DNA of 64,000 nucleotides from contig DF237112.1 in the NCBI GenBank assembly GCA_000708835.1, positions 99,342 to 163,341 on the forward strand. The letters run 5' to 3'. This DNA comes from Klebsormidium nitens. Its lineage: Eukaryota; Plantae; Klebsormidiophyceae. Within the stretch, counting starts at the first letter, position 1. Each line of letters begins with the position of its first letter. The notes beneath the pieces were generated by a model. The model made no database searches. It saw only the letters and a list, made by a program, of their open reading frames with translations, and was not told the DNA's origin. Positions 23,619 through 36,400 of this stretch are shown here, piece after piece. The position numbers and the translations under genes were made by a program.

Positions 23619-26600
23619 TTATCTCAATCTTCTTTGACCAGCTTCCGCTTGCGCTTGCGACAACAAGTCCTTGGCCTCGAGGACCAGCCTATGCTTCTCT
23701 CCGTGAGTAATGGTCAAGATCTCGCACGCTCTTCGTACTGCTTCGAAGCAGCTCTGTGCATCTTCTAAGAACCACTTCAGCTTCGCGAGTGTGAACAGCT
23801 GCAGTCCGTACAGTGCGGACGGCTGCGGCAAGCATGCTTCGTACGCCGGAAGAGTGCGTTCACACCAACTCGCGGCAGCCGGCCAGTCTTGTAGAGCCAT
23901 GCACACGCGTAGAAGCGCATCGGACGTCCGAACCAGCTCCCAGTTGAGCCGATGCAGAACGGACGTCTGAAGCCCATGCGCTTTTTCCAGGAGCCGGCTG
24001 CAGGCAAAACCGAAGATACTTTAACGGCAGAGTTGTGGAAAGCTTCGTTCGGGTCGATCAGCCCGAGCAACTGTTTTGGCACAAGTCCAACCACTCGCTT
24101 AGACATAGGCTTGATTCATCTGGAATGACTACCGGTTGAAATTGGAACCGTTACGGACGATACTCTTGAAAATCCAGCCCTGTGAGATGACTGCTGATCA
24201 TCTACGAGGACTCTGAAGACGCCCGCGACATCGAGGAAGGCCGGCTGCTTTCTTCGTAGGGCGAATGGCGCTTCAGCTTAGCTTGATTTCCGGATCATAG
24301 GAAAGCCTTGTTCTGTCGCCAATGCGAGACGAGAGGCCCCTATGACGCCGCCCCTCAAGAGACTCGCTGCCCAAGTTAAACGTGGTTTGCTTGCTTTGTC
24401 ACCTTCAGCCTCGCAAGTTGTGAAAACAAACGCGACGCTGCTTCACCAAATATTCGGCCACTTCGTGTGGCCGACACGTCCTCAAGAAGAGTATTCAAAC
24501 AGCGGTGCCGAGGTCGACGCTCACCGCGCCTCCTGAAATTCGCCTTTCCCCTCGCTTGCTTCCTCCTCCCGCAGAATCCGGTTAGCTTCCTCCTTCCGGG
24601 CGTCAGCCTCGTTTGCTGGCACAGCCCGCCCGCACTTGCATACGTACCGCCCGGTTTTGTCTCCTGTGAACGAGACGACGGCAGATAAGCGCATGTTTCG
24701 TGCAATAGAAATGCTTGAGTGAGTGTATCCGTAAGATGCTCCAGCAGGAAGAGAATCCCTCGATCAACTTCTCCATTGGACAGCGCCTTTCGGAGCTAAC
24801 TTGGTGGCAGGAACACGAGTACCTGCTCATTTGAGCGACACTTATTTGGACATGTACTGAACTACTCCGCTGTTGGAAGGTGAAACAATGACGGTGGGAT
24901 AAATATGCACTTTCAATCTGAATACCAGAGCCCTCACGGTTTTTACTGTCAACTCGGATTTATAGCAGACTGCTGTTCTGGAGCAACGTGAAGCTGACGT
25001 AGCAATCCCGCTAGAACAACGTTCCGGTCTTGACCAGAAACTGTCTACAGCGTTCCACACCCAGTTCTTTGAAAATTTTCAGGGCTTCGTCATAACTTTC
25101 CTGGGCTTCGTTCTTTCCCCGCGCCCAAAAGACCTCTCTTGCTCAGAATCAGAATGCAATCTCGGCAAACAGAACGCTCGTCTTGCAAACATCAGATCCA
25201 AATTGAGCAGAGAGTAAGCTCTAAGGTCCAGGGATCGGGAAGCGTGTCCGGAGCCGTCCTCATAAGAGTAACGACGACTCTCGACCCAACTCAGTCGCAG
25301 CTTTCCGCAGCTCTCAGTCCTATCCGGGGAATCCCCTTCAGCTCTTTCTGTGCAAAGTTTATAAAATAGCTTCAAGTAGACCAAATACTGAATAGAAGTC
25401 GTCCGGAGATCTGAAAAGGTGGCACCAAAAACTAGACCCGACTTACTCGCTGCTTTTCCCAGTTCCCAGTCCCATCCGGGGGATCCCCCACAGCTCTCGT
25501 CAGCGCACTTTAGCCCTGCAACCTTCGAGTCAACAGGATCTTCTCTGTGATGGACGCACCGATCGCATTGGCACTCAAAGTAGTACTTTCGTAGCCGCTC
25601 TCTTCGCTGATTTCGGCTGCCTGCTAGATCGATGTAAGCGTGTGTTATCTGCAAGGCAACAAACAGCATAAGAGTCCTGCCTGAAAGTTGTCTGTGCGCT
25701 CAAAAACCTTGTAAAACTGCAGTGGTTAAATTCAGCCTGTGCACTAGCGAGGTGGTGATTCTGTCTGCTTTCGTGCTGCAAAGGCGTGCTTCTTTGACGG
25801 CGGTAATTTGAATTTCAAGTCTCAAAAGGCGCTCCGACCGAATGTCAGAATCGTTTGTGGGGCAGCGTATTAGCGGACTCCTGTGTAGATTGATGTTTAC
25901 ACTGGAGTGTTACAAAAGATACACGTGCGGCGAAAGTCCAGTTCACTGTGGACCTAATTCTATAACCTGCCATCAAGCAGTGACCAGCGTTACGTGCGAA
26001 AATGCCAAACCCACCTCATCCCCCGCTGTAATCGGACGTAACGCTCTCATCATCGCCCTTGGCCCGTCGTACAGTATGATCGCGTTCGGGTTACAGTCGT
26101 GGTTAGCCAAAGAGTTTACCACAAACAGGCCCATTCCCACCGGCTTGAGCTCCTCGTCACAGATGGTGTGGGCGTTGCAGGCGAACCTGAAGTGAGAATA
26201 GTCTCCGCTTAGGTCTGTGATTGACATTTGATCTGGGGAGGCGAACAACTGTAGACTTTTTCTGCGGTTGTTTCCATTCCTCCTGCGTTGGCCGATTTCG
26301 ATACGTGGCTTTCCACGGGTGAGCGATTGACAACTTTGCAGAGAGAAAGGCTTTGTGAGATATTGCTTGAGACGACCGAAGCGCCCACTTTCAGATCGAC
26401 ATCTCCGACGTAGACGAGCTCAAAAAAGCGTTATTCACAGACTAACCAGGGGGAAACTCTGGACTCGAGATGCCACTTGTCACATCAGCACGGGATAGAC
26501 TGCAGATCTGAGCGAAAGCAACGGGTTAGCTGAGGGCAAGGACCAGAAACAAAGCCAAGATCTCAAAAGCAACGCAAACATCCGATTAATGAAAGGGGAA

Positions 26601-28921
26601 AACGACAGGGAAATGATCAACGGCCCACCTGCCCAGAAGCTCCGTCACCTCCCGCGGATCGACGGCGACCTTGCTCCCTTCGACGTCACCCATTGCTTTC
26701 ACGAGAGTCGCCATTTGCGCGTACAGCAGGAGAGTGTCTCGCGGGGTGTCTTCCAAGTGGGAGACGAGAGCCTCGACACGAGCGTAATCGTCGACTGCGT
26801 TTCTGGGACGAACGCCAGTCGCCTGCAACAAGAAGACTATACTTCTCAGGAAAGTATAACGTTGTTTCGTTCCTCAGTTTTCGTTTTCTTAAAGAGGGCG
26901 TCGTGGGACATGTCCCACATGACGTAAGCCGCGTACGGTACTTTTCGATCGCACGGAAATTTTGCCCGCGTGACGTTGAATGTGAAAACCGGTGTGAGCC
27001 CCAACTGCGCGGCGTGCGGAAAAAGGGAAAATGTTGCTCCGACCGAGTTTCGATCGCTCGTTTTCATGATGAAAGTCAAGCGCACTTGCCAGTTGCGCTG
27101 GAAATTTCAGTGCGCCCAAGTTGGTTTTGAATTTCCCCGGTCGAGACGGTATATCTAGTCTGACGCCCTCTTTAAGCGAAGCACCATCTTGAAAATATCC
27201 ACAGGACAAGCGCAGTCAAGGCAACAAGCCTCACAAGCAGCACCGGTGAGAATGCTACTGTAAGCACTGAGCTCACCACTAAGTGTGGCCGAACTCTAAA
27301 ACGAAAAGGCAATCTCTTCTTACCTACACCACCAAATCGCCCCTGCTTGAGACGGAGGAGAGGCATCCTCCAGTGGTAGAAACGCCGAACTTCAAACCAG
27401 TGCGTTACTGATGAAGGATTGTTCAAAAGGCGTGAAAAGCAGGTCGTCTCTCACCTGCAATGTTCGCATAGCCATGACACGAAAAGCCAGCCGCAGCGTT
27501 GGGGTGGGGACGGTGCCGTGCAGCCGCCGGAGGGCGCTGATCGCTCTGCACTCGTGCTGGTGGAGGGGCCACGTGGATCGCTGCCAAGGGGACACGTGTC
27601 AAACTAGATTGCTTGAAGTTGCGAGGTTCCGCTTCAGAAAGGGCCTATTTTCGTGCACGTGAATCGCAGCCAAGATGAGACGCTACAGGCCTGTTTGAGC
27701 TTATGAGCGGGCGGATAGCGGCATTGCCAGCTTCAGGAGATTTGTTGAACGCTGGTAACCCGGAAGTGCTTTGTTTTCCAAAATTACGAAGGAAGTTTTG
27801 TGAAAGTCCATTCCAATAGTCACAACAGCCGACACTCGCAATTGAATTAGAGTCGTCCTTACAAAAAGGGGCCCTGCGGTGCGACTCCGCTAGCCTTGAT
27901 CGAAATAGAGACGTTGTTTAGCATACAAAAGTGGGGCACCCTGCGTTTTGGTTCCACCAGCATGTTGAATTGCCAGCGGTAGAGGTCTAAAGATTAGTAA
28001 CAAAAACGGGAACAGACACACGAATGTGTCTACTATTGACCAATGCAAGGTTGCTGACCTGGCACTTCTGGTCGCAGTACATGACGAGCTTGCAGCCCCC
28101 GCAGCGTCTGAGCCCCTCGCCCCCGACCACGAAGCAGGCGTCGCACCTGTTGCCCTGGTTCGCCTCATCCAGGACATGCGCGTATGGAGCCTGCAGATTC
28201 TCAAGCTTGGATCAGCTAAGAAAGCTAAGGTAAAGGCACAATATCGGAGTAAAAAGTCCAGCGCGGTTTTCAGGTCCTCAAGCTAAGGTTTTAAGGCTAA
28301 GGCAAAGAAAAGGTTAAGCTTTCCAAGGACTCCGGTCCAGGTAAGGCTGAAAATCTGGACGTTGTGTTGGTTCCGAAACCGTGGCAGGCAAGATCTACCT
28401 TCCAAACGTTTCTTTCTCTTCCAGCGTCGGACACTGCCTTTTGATGAGTACAGACGTGAACAACGGGCATACCACGATGTATATTCGAAAGAAGGATCAA
28501 GAGAACCTGGAAAGGGCAGTGTCTTCAAAACCTGCTGGTGGTAGCTTCTGGTACTGTCAGAACGAGCAGGAACCTAGGGGAAGCTCTTTCTCGCTGAACT
28601 ATGCATCACGGTTTTCTAAGCAGATGCTGGAAGAAGGCTCATAAAGAAAACGGAAAGCCAAACTACTATCATACAATCTTTGCGTTCAGGGGAACTCAAC
28701 AAGAAAGTGCAGGAACTCGATGCACCATCAGAAAGAGCCGTAGCATCAAGTGGTAGCTTCAAAAATCGAGAGACGGCAGGAGCAACCTGTGTCAGAATAA
28801 GCTCGCCAGGGAGGAACGTGCGCCCTGCTACTAGACACCTGCCTCGCCCCGTCCGCTCTTCAATAATCAAACCCTCCTTTGATAAGAACACCGCGAGGTC
28901 AGCGTCGCCTGCGGTCGCCAT
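23619..28921 (-). CDS. ASHR1: SET and MYND domain lysine methyltransferase (SMYD; ASHR1/SDG37-like), 8 exons, about 492 aa
   Basis: Exons 28921-28787, 28190-28059, 27580-27455, 26822-26629, 26186-26015, 25648-25447, 24663-24525 and 23997-23619 sum to 1479 nt in frame. Motifs: GRGRCLVA, MYND (CDAC...CGGCKLVMYCDQKCQ...HQHEC), NHDCNPNA, YID...YYFECQCDRC, and a TPR-like C-terminus. Confidence 0.95.
25289..25345 (-). repeat. Intronic echo of the 3' end and donor of ASHR1 exon 6
   Basis: agagctgaaggggattccccggataggactgagagctgcggaaagctgcga-ctgagt versus exon agagctgtgggggatcccccggatgggactgggaactgggaaaagcagcga|gtaagt. The donor GT is lost in the copy. Confidence 0.65.
26893..27171. mobile_element. 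MITE with TTAA TSD in ASHR1 intron 3, same TIR as 19897-20067
   Basis: TTAA|AGAGGGCGTC ... GACGCCCTCT|TTAA is a perfect 10-bp TIR. The element is 279 bp. Confidence 0.85.
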
Positions 28922-29323
28922 ACTAACATTGGCAGGGGGTCAAGCTAACACTGTGTCCTGAACAACCACCGGAGTTCCTGTCTTCTCAACCGGCATCCCC
29001 CTCAACTGGCAGAAAGCTGCTGAATGCTAGCTAACAGAATCCAGAACACCAAGCGCCACACTGGGTCTCGCTTGAGTGACTTCGCTGGACGGAGTTGAAT
29101 TTCCTCGCTTCTTACTTCAGGTTGCTTTGAGGTGACTCTGAGAGACTACTTTCAAGGTTGCACCACAGTGCTGCGGACAGAATGCTGGAAAGCGGAGCTG
29201 TGCTGCTGAAGAATGGAAGTTCTGAACAATTTGCATTGATACAAACTAGCCTTTGGCGCTAATGCTGTACATGTCTCTTGTACGTTCATGCACACAGACA
29301 AGCAACACTTCGCCTTACCAGCT

Positions 29324-29623
29324 CTACATCCTGATTTCTCCCAAGATGGCCTGGATTCTTGGAACATTCGTCAGCTTCCAACCCTTGTTCTGCTTTAAGC
29401 AAAATCTGGCGCACTTCCTGAAACCTTTCCTTCTTTCCTCATCCGTCGTTGCCTCAGCCGCCCAAGGGTGATCCTTCTTGGTTCCCGGCCACCAAAGTTC
29501 ATACGCCCGGTTGATGTCCGACGTTGCCAACGCCAGTACCTCCTGACAAAACTCAGTCTGCTTCTTGAACCTTTTCTCGTAGTCCCTTGCCGCCTTCGTC
29601 TTCTGTCTCGTAAGACGCGCCAT
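29324..29623 (-). CDS. Possible orphan basic protein (99 aa)
   Basis: MARLTRQKTKAARDYEKRFKKQTEFCQEVLALATSDINRAYELWWPG... has protein-like helical composition. I recognise no family. Confidence 0.3.
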   Translation of the reverse strand: MARLTRQKTKAARDYEKRFKKQTEFCQEVLALATSDINRAYELWWPGTKKDHPWAAEATTDEERRKGFRKCARFCLKQNKGWKLTNVPRIQAILGEIRM

Positions 29624-30071
29624 CTCCAAGCGAACTTTGAACAAATCACCAGGGACTTTGAGTTTCAGAATCACATGTGGCGTAAAGCCATGATCTAGCA
29701 AGCTACCTGGCTCGGCGCTCGCGCGCGCGTTTTAAAGATATTAGATCAATCTGGGGGGGGGTGCTCTTCGCCGGCCAATCATGGTGGTTTTCAGAGAAAC
29801 GGCGAGCAGGGCTTGGTAAAAATCAGACGGTCGAAAAGAACGGTTGACGTTCGCCCGAGGGGCTGCACCCCCAGAAAGAACGAGCTCCAGAAAGAAATAT
29901 GCTAGCGCTATACCAAGGATACTCGGAGTGAGCTAGGGCTTGAGCAGGAGCTGGACATTGGAAAGGCATTGGAATTGGTTGCATTCTGCAAACTGCATCA
30001 TCCCTTTCTTTGTTCTGCCACTGGCTAGGTTGTCACTCCTGTGCAGTACATGACTCACGAGTCCAGGGAAC

Positions 30072-32335
30072 ATGGCGCAGACCGGGGGATCCCTTGCTGA
30101 GACTGTCCCCCAGCTAGCCACAAAGCTGACCTCCACCAACGTGCTCGATATCAGCACCGCGATCGACTCTCTGGAGGCCATACGGCTGCGCATTCAGTCG
30201 GACCGCACAGCGTCCGTGCAGCTCTCTTGGACGCTCCAAGAGCTTTCCGCTTTCGGACGAGGGGCCGTCCTGAAAACGCTGTTAGATAGGGTGCTGATGT
30301 CATCTGGGGGGCTGCAAATGGAGATGATATCGTCCCGCGCGCTTGTGAAGCTGGCCCAGTGCAAAGGGGTGGTGGAGTTTTGCTTGAAGGAGGAGCACTA
30401 TACCAAGGTCTTGGCGTCGTACCTCACAGCCCAGGTAGGGACTGTACTGAGGAGATCACAGGAGACAATGGAGGGAAAAACCCGTGGGTTCAGCCTTTAT
30501 TCAATATTGCGCCGCAATTTGTGACAGAATCTGGTTGTGAATTCATTTTCTACTGGCCCTCAGCAGTGGCTAACATCATTTCGTCTCTGAGGTTCATTTA
30601 TGGAAACTTGGAATTGCGTCGCTATTTACAAAACGTAGGACTTACAAGCTGCTGAATTCTCCGGAAAACCATAAAAGATGTCAACTAGGCCCGTTCTTCA
30701 GAGTCCAGACTCTTCGACCTCTAGTGGGCTTGATGGCGCTTAATGGGAGCTTAATCTAGCGGAGATTGATGTCAGGTCTGATGTTTTGTTTAAGTCTGAC
30801 ACGGCATGAGGTCTAAATGTCTTCATAGAATCCAACACAAAGCACATCAACTATTCACAATACATCATTAATCAGCTAAGAAATATTGTACGTGTTTAAA
30901 GAGTATTAAACACGGCGTATAATTATCTCCAACATCTATTTACGATCAGTGGCCAAGATTGCAATCAGCTCAATCCCCAAACCCGAATTTGACATCATGC
31001 ATAGGACACCCACTCCTCTTGTATCACTATGCAGGCTGTTCAAAACAACGCTGAGCCAACTCAGGATAAAGTCAAGTGTCTGAAACGTACAGACCTTCAG
31101 AGGCAGCAAGCAAGAGGCAGGTTGGAAAATCCATAGAACAGAAAGAAAAGCAGATTCAGTGGCATAATGGAACGCAAATAACCATTCTTTCTCCGACTCT
31201 GCAGTTGCAAGCGTCCGAAAGCGACGTTGGAGCGAAAGCGCCCGCAATGGCGCGCCTCATCTGGATGAACGGCCTCGAGGGGCTCGCAAACTTCGCGCGT
31301 TCCTCCGAATCGTTCCGTCGTCAATTACAACTCCCGGAACAGCAAGCCGTGGGCCTCATGCCGAGCCTCGAGCGCTTACTCTCGGAAAACCATCTGCGCG
31401 CGCTTAACGCCACGGCGGTCCAGCAGTGCCGCGAGTATGCAGCTCGATTCGTGGTGTCAATGGCACTCAGCCACGATAGCCGGCAGTGGGTACTAGAAAA
31501 CGGATACTTTAGAATCGTCGCCGCGATTCTCCGGTCGCAGAACCCGGGTTTCATCCCCCCGGGCGTGCGCGACGGCGCTGTCGTGATCTGCAACATGGTC
31601 TTCTTCCGCCTGATGGAGCTGCGCGAGTGCCTCGAAATGATGAAACGCGATGACGTCATCTCGTTGCTGAGGCCGCACCGCGCCAAGATGAACGCGGCCA
31701 ACGACGAGCTGTTCGAGAATCTAGAGGCGGTCGTTTTGCGCGGCGAGCCGCCCCCGCCCGAGGCGCGGGCGACGCAACTAGAGTGGGAGGTTTTGGCGGC
31801 GGGCGCGACGGGACGGGAGCTCGTGCCGGTGGTGTGCTCGTGGGAGGCGTGTAAAGAGGGGCCGGAGACACCGAGGGGGCGGAGGTTTGGGCGGTGCGCG
31901 AGTTGCCAGCTGGCATACTACTGCAGGTGAGTATAACTCCAATCTCCTGTTTGACTGAGGTCTATCAACAGAGTTCTGACAATATAAGAAAATGAAGATA
32001 GTTGAGGCATTTTTGTGTCTTGTCGAAATTATTTACAAAGACGGTTTGTGCAATTCCATTTTGCGTCAGGTGAGACGAGCAGGTAAGCTCCTAAGCTTTG
32101 GAAGTATGCGAAGCCCAACAGGGATCTCGTCAGGCCGACACTGCTCTGACTGCTCTAGTTCGTTGCAATCGCTACTGTGCATAATAACTAAGCAGCTCAG
32201 TGTGAAGCTTTATGATCAGGGCCGCCTGTACTTAATACTTTCGTGTATCTCTTCAGCAAGGACCATCAACGACTACATTGGCGGACCCACAAGAAGCAGT
32301 GCAAAACTGGATCTGTAGATAGTGGTTCGAAGTAG
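30072..32335 (+). CDS. Helical-repeat (ARM-like) protein with C-terminal zf-MYND, 3 exons, about 387 aa
   Basis: Exons 30072-30434, 31205-31926 and 32257-32335 are in frame. The MYND finger is CSWEAC...CASCQLAYYC|SKDHQRLHWRTHKKQC. Confidence 0.9.
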
Positions 32336-33431
32336 AACCCAACATTATAAGTAGGACCGAGTAGTGGCTCAACCGAATCTCATGTTTTTGCTGCGAGATT
32401 CGAACAACGGCTGGCGGGTATCGTACTCTCAATATGGCTTGATCGATTGGACACCGGCTTTCAATGAAGCGCTAAGTAACTGGCCGTTGATCTGAGCGAA
32501 GCTCAAAAGGGGCAACCGGTGCATGCTGTTTTCAAAGCAGGCACGCAGACATACGTTAACACGTGAAATTACAACGAGATCTTCCAACCGCGTGCACGCA
32601 GGCACTGCCGCCGTACCTCTGTGCTCTTCTAGCTATCTATTCAAGTGCCGGCACTCGATCTGGCGGCGCCTTATTAGTTGGATTAGATCGGATGCAGCTA
32701 TATCATGCAAGCTCAGGCGCGCCGGGCAACGGTTACATAAGTGCGCTGGCGTCCGCCGAACCCCTCTTTTGGGCGGACATCATGGCCGATCAGTTAAGTT
32801 GATCATTGCAATGCAACACATATACAGTGTGTACGGCGCATGAACAGGTCACATTGGCTGACATTTGATTGGCCCGACATGCATATGAATGATTGCATGT
32901 GACGGAGTCAATCCGGCCCTTGCAATGTGGTTTGGTTAATTCTTTGGTCGACCTCGAATCAAACACATGATGTATGGTACGGTGCCCTAGGTCGGTTGAA
33001 TGCATGATGATGAGTGACCGTCTAGCTGTCGGACCGAACCGTCCAGGCCGGGTCTTGCATGTCCACTTGTTTGCCGTTAGCGTAAGTAAAAGCTAAAGTT
33101 GAAAAGCTACATGATTCTGCGATATAGATCACAGTGGCTCGTGATCATGTAGTGCGCGGAGCTATCACGACTAGCATCGATCACGTCGATGCACATGGCC
33201 ATCGTACATTCACCGCCTCACTGCAACTCCATCACCCCAAGCTTATTTCGCCAATAACGCAATGATGGACCCGATCGCTTGGATACTTCTAGGTATGCAG
33301 TCAGCCCGCTTTACCGTTTCATGCTATCTCCAAACCTTAGGCAACCTAGCCTCTTCATCGAACGCTACAATTGAAAGTTAAGACATATCCTACACATGCC
33401 GGAAGACACCTCAACGAATTGCTTTTGTGTC

Positions 33432-36400
33432 TCAGTCTACACCTTGGTCAACGACTCTACTCAGCAACTCTAGCTGCTTAACCTGCATCCGTCTCCGCCG
33501 CTTCTCCGCCTGTTTCGCCTCCCAAAACAGCCGCGTCGCCTCGCGCTCCTTCTTTGCGTCTAAGAACACCTGGCTAACAACTCGTTGCGTCTGGCTGTTC
33601 GGGCTATACCCCCCCTTGAGCATTTCCCTGAACACCAGTTTCACCTGCTCTAGATCCTTGGCGCGGGCGTATGCCCCTATCAGCGTGTTGTATGATACGA
33701 TATTGGGCTTGCACGGGCTCTTTTGCATGATCCGTAGGAGGCCCTCTGCAGTGGTAAACCTGCCCGCTCGGCAATATGCGTCTAAGAGGATGTTGTACGC
33801 GTATATGGTGGGCACGACCTTGGCAGCCTGCATATCCCTGCAAATGGGACTACAGGGTTTGCTGAATAGCGCCTCTTGAAAGCGACTGTGAAGTCGGTGA
33901 CATATGGGTGGTCCTGAGGGGTCCCGAGGAAGCCCTCATCAGATCGATCAAGCGCACTCGCAGGACGGGGCACAACCTTTACTGGCAGCAAAATCATTGG
34001 ACTCCTAGAAAACGGACTTCCAGTCACATCTTTCGAAGCAGCAAACTGAACACGCAAGCCGCGGCATCTACAAAAGAGATCCATCCAGTGAACCCTTACG
34101 AACTCGTTACTCAACCAAGGCTCGTACCGAGCTGTAAGACAGCTTGACAGAACACTAGAAAAGGACCGAATCAGTCAGCTCTCACCAGTTTAAGGGTAGT
34201 TACAAACGATGGCTAGGCCTGTTTTCGGATTGGCAAACGCTTAAATGAGCACTAATGAACAAACAATGAGCTTCAATCTCGCCTGCGATCATGAAAGTCT
34301 CCGACCTTGTAGCGCAAAGTCTTGTCGCTTTGAAACTGAAAGATGCTGACCTAAGGACGGGGGCAGCTTTGTCTTGCCTCTCGGCTTCGGCGAAGGCGCC
34401 ACAAGCTAGAGTCAAAGACCGACTTCGATGGAAAGTGAGAGTCGAGAACCCTTAGACCCTACGCTCCTCTCCTCAACTTTTTCACCTGAAAGACAGACGC
34501 AGCTTCGATGCACATCCCCGAACCCGTTCGTAACCGAGCTTTAGAATAATAACTGGTAGGTCTAGCTCACAATCCAACTCACGGAAAGACTCAAAGCACA
34601 CAGTTGCTATTCTCACCTGAAGACAGACGCCACGTCGTCGCACCTCCCGGCTTTGGCGTACGCGTTCATAAGCGAGCACCAATGGCAGATCGTGGGCTTC
34701 ATCGCCAGCTCCAAAGTAGAAAGTAAAGCACAAACCAGATCACGTCTCCCAGATTAGACAAACCTTACCTGAAGACAGACGCAGCGTCGTCACACCTTCC
34801 GGCTTTCGCGAACGCGTTCATGAGCGAGCACCAGTGGAAGATCGTGGGCTTCATCGCCAGCCGCAGCATGCTCCGCAGGAGGCCCCGCGCACGGTCGCCC
34901 TCCCCAGCCTCCGCGCACGAGTGCAGCAGCGAGTTGTACGTCCGGAGGTCCGGCCTGGAGGGCGACCGAGACGGACACGTCAGCATGACGACACTCAAAA
35001 GCAGGAAACTTAGAAGGAAGTGAAAACCCAAACAGATTGTCTGTGGGAGTCTGCATGGCTTCCAAGCGTACGGTGCAGCAGCGTTTTGTATGTCCGGAGG
35101 TCCACCTGGGACTAGCGTCCGAACAGGACGCTTTTTTAGAAGTTAACAGATGTGAAGAAACGTAGCTGAAAAAATCCGATGTTCTTGCAGGACTTCGGTC
35201 GTGAAAGCACTGGTACTGTGACAAAGGCTTCCGAGTCGAGCCTTCTTCCGGGCGCGAAGTGTAGCGGGACATGTGCGTCCAAAGGTTTGGCCTGCGGAAG
35301 CGTTTGAAAGACGCAAAAGCTCCTGGCGCTTGAAGCAGCACAGACTACGTAAGACGATTCCGGCTACAAGATTCACAAAGTCGTCCAGGCTTGTGAATCA
35401 AGAAAACCGTCCGAATTTGACGCGCAGATTCATCTGACGGACCTGCATCCCGCCTCCCGCATCTGATCTAGCATGGAGAGCGCCTCGTCGAACCGCTGCT
35501 GCTGCGTGTAGGCCAGGATGATGCAGTCGTACGTCGTCGCGTCTGGCACGCACTCGGCCGCCGGCATCGCTTTGAAGTACTCAAACACGCCCTGCACAGA
35601 TGGGCGGAAAATATGATCAGAGCAATCGTGAGTCTTCTTGTCTGTCGAAGGAATTGGTGGAATCGTGCAATTAGTTGACTGGAAGGAAGCGCTGTACGTG
35701 AAGGACCGCTGAGGTCGCCCGCTGGTTGACTTAGGGTACTCAAACACGCTCTGCACCGCTATGGCAGGACACACAACTGCTTTGTTAGGAAAAAGTTTTT
35801 GTGTGTGTTGTGTGTTTGGAGGAGTGCGATGGACTGCTGCTTGAAGGCCATGATGATGCAATCATACGTGGTCGTGTCCGGCACGCACTCGGCCGCCTGG
35901 ATTGCTTTGCAGAAATGAAACCGTCCTGCAGATATGCGGGGCTTGTAATCACCTTCTCAGCAAAGACTGGTATCTAATGACAGAGTGGGGGTGAGATCCG
36001 AAGTGAGGCGACTCGAGAGTTTGGGCTGTTTGGAGTGAGAGGCTGTGCGCAGCTGGGGACCTTGCTGAAAAACGGACATGCAAATTTGGAGACTAGACGC
36101 AAGGGTCAGAATAGATGCTCGAGAAGTGGGGCCTTCCGATCCGGCAAGACAGCATACGAAGACTGTGGTGTTGGGTAAAAAGGCAGCAGTTGGCGTCGCT
36201 AGGACGCTTGCGACCTTGCCGAGCACCGGGGTAGAACAACTTCCTTAGCGGTTTCCTTCAATCCACTTCTCAAAGATGCATCAACCAGCCTGAAACTTCG
36301 CTCAGCCACAAGCACCACGGCTGCGTTCCCCTTCCTGAGCCCATAAAGTGCTCGTGGAAGATGTCAATCATTTGTAGCTGCGGGGAATCGTCCTACTTGC

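Noticed and set aside
24380-24830. Very old echoes of ASHR1 exon 7 (RYSCSC versus RYVCKC)
   Set aside because: Similarity is too weak to distinguish from chance without computation.
29324-29623. J-domain (DINRAYEL resembles helix IV)
   Set aside because: There is no HPD motif.
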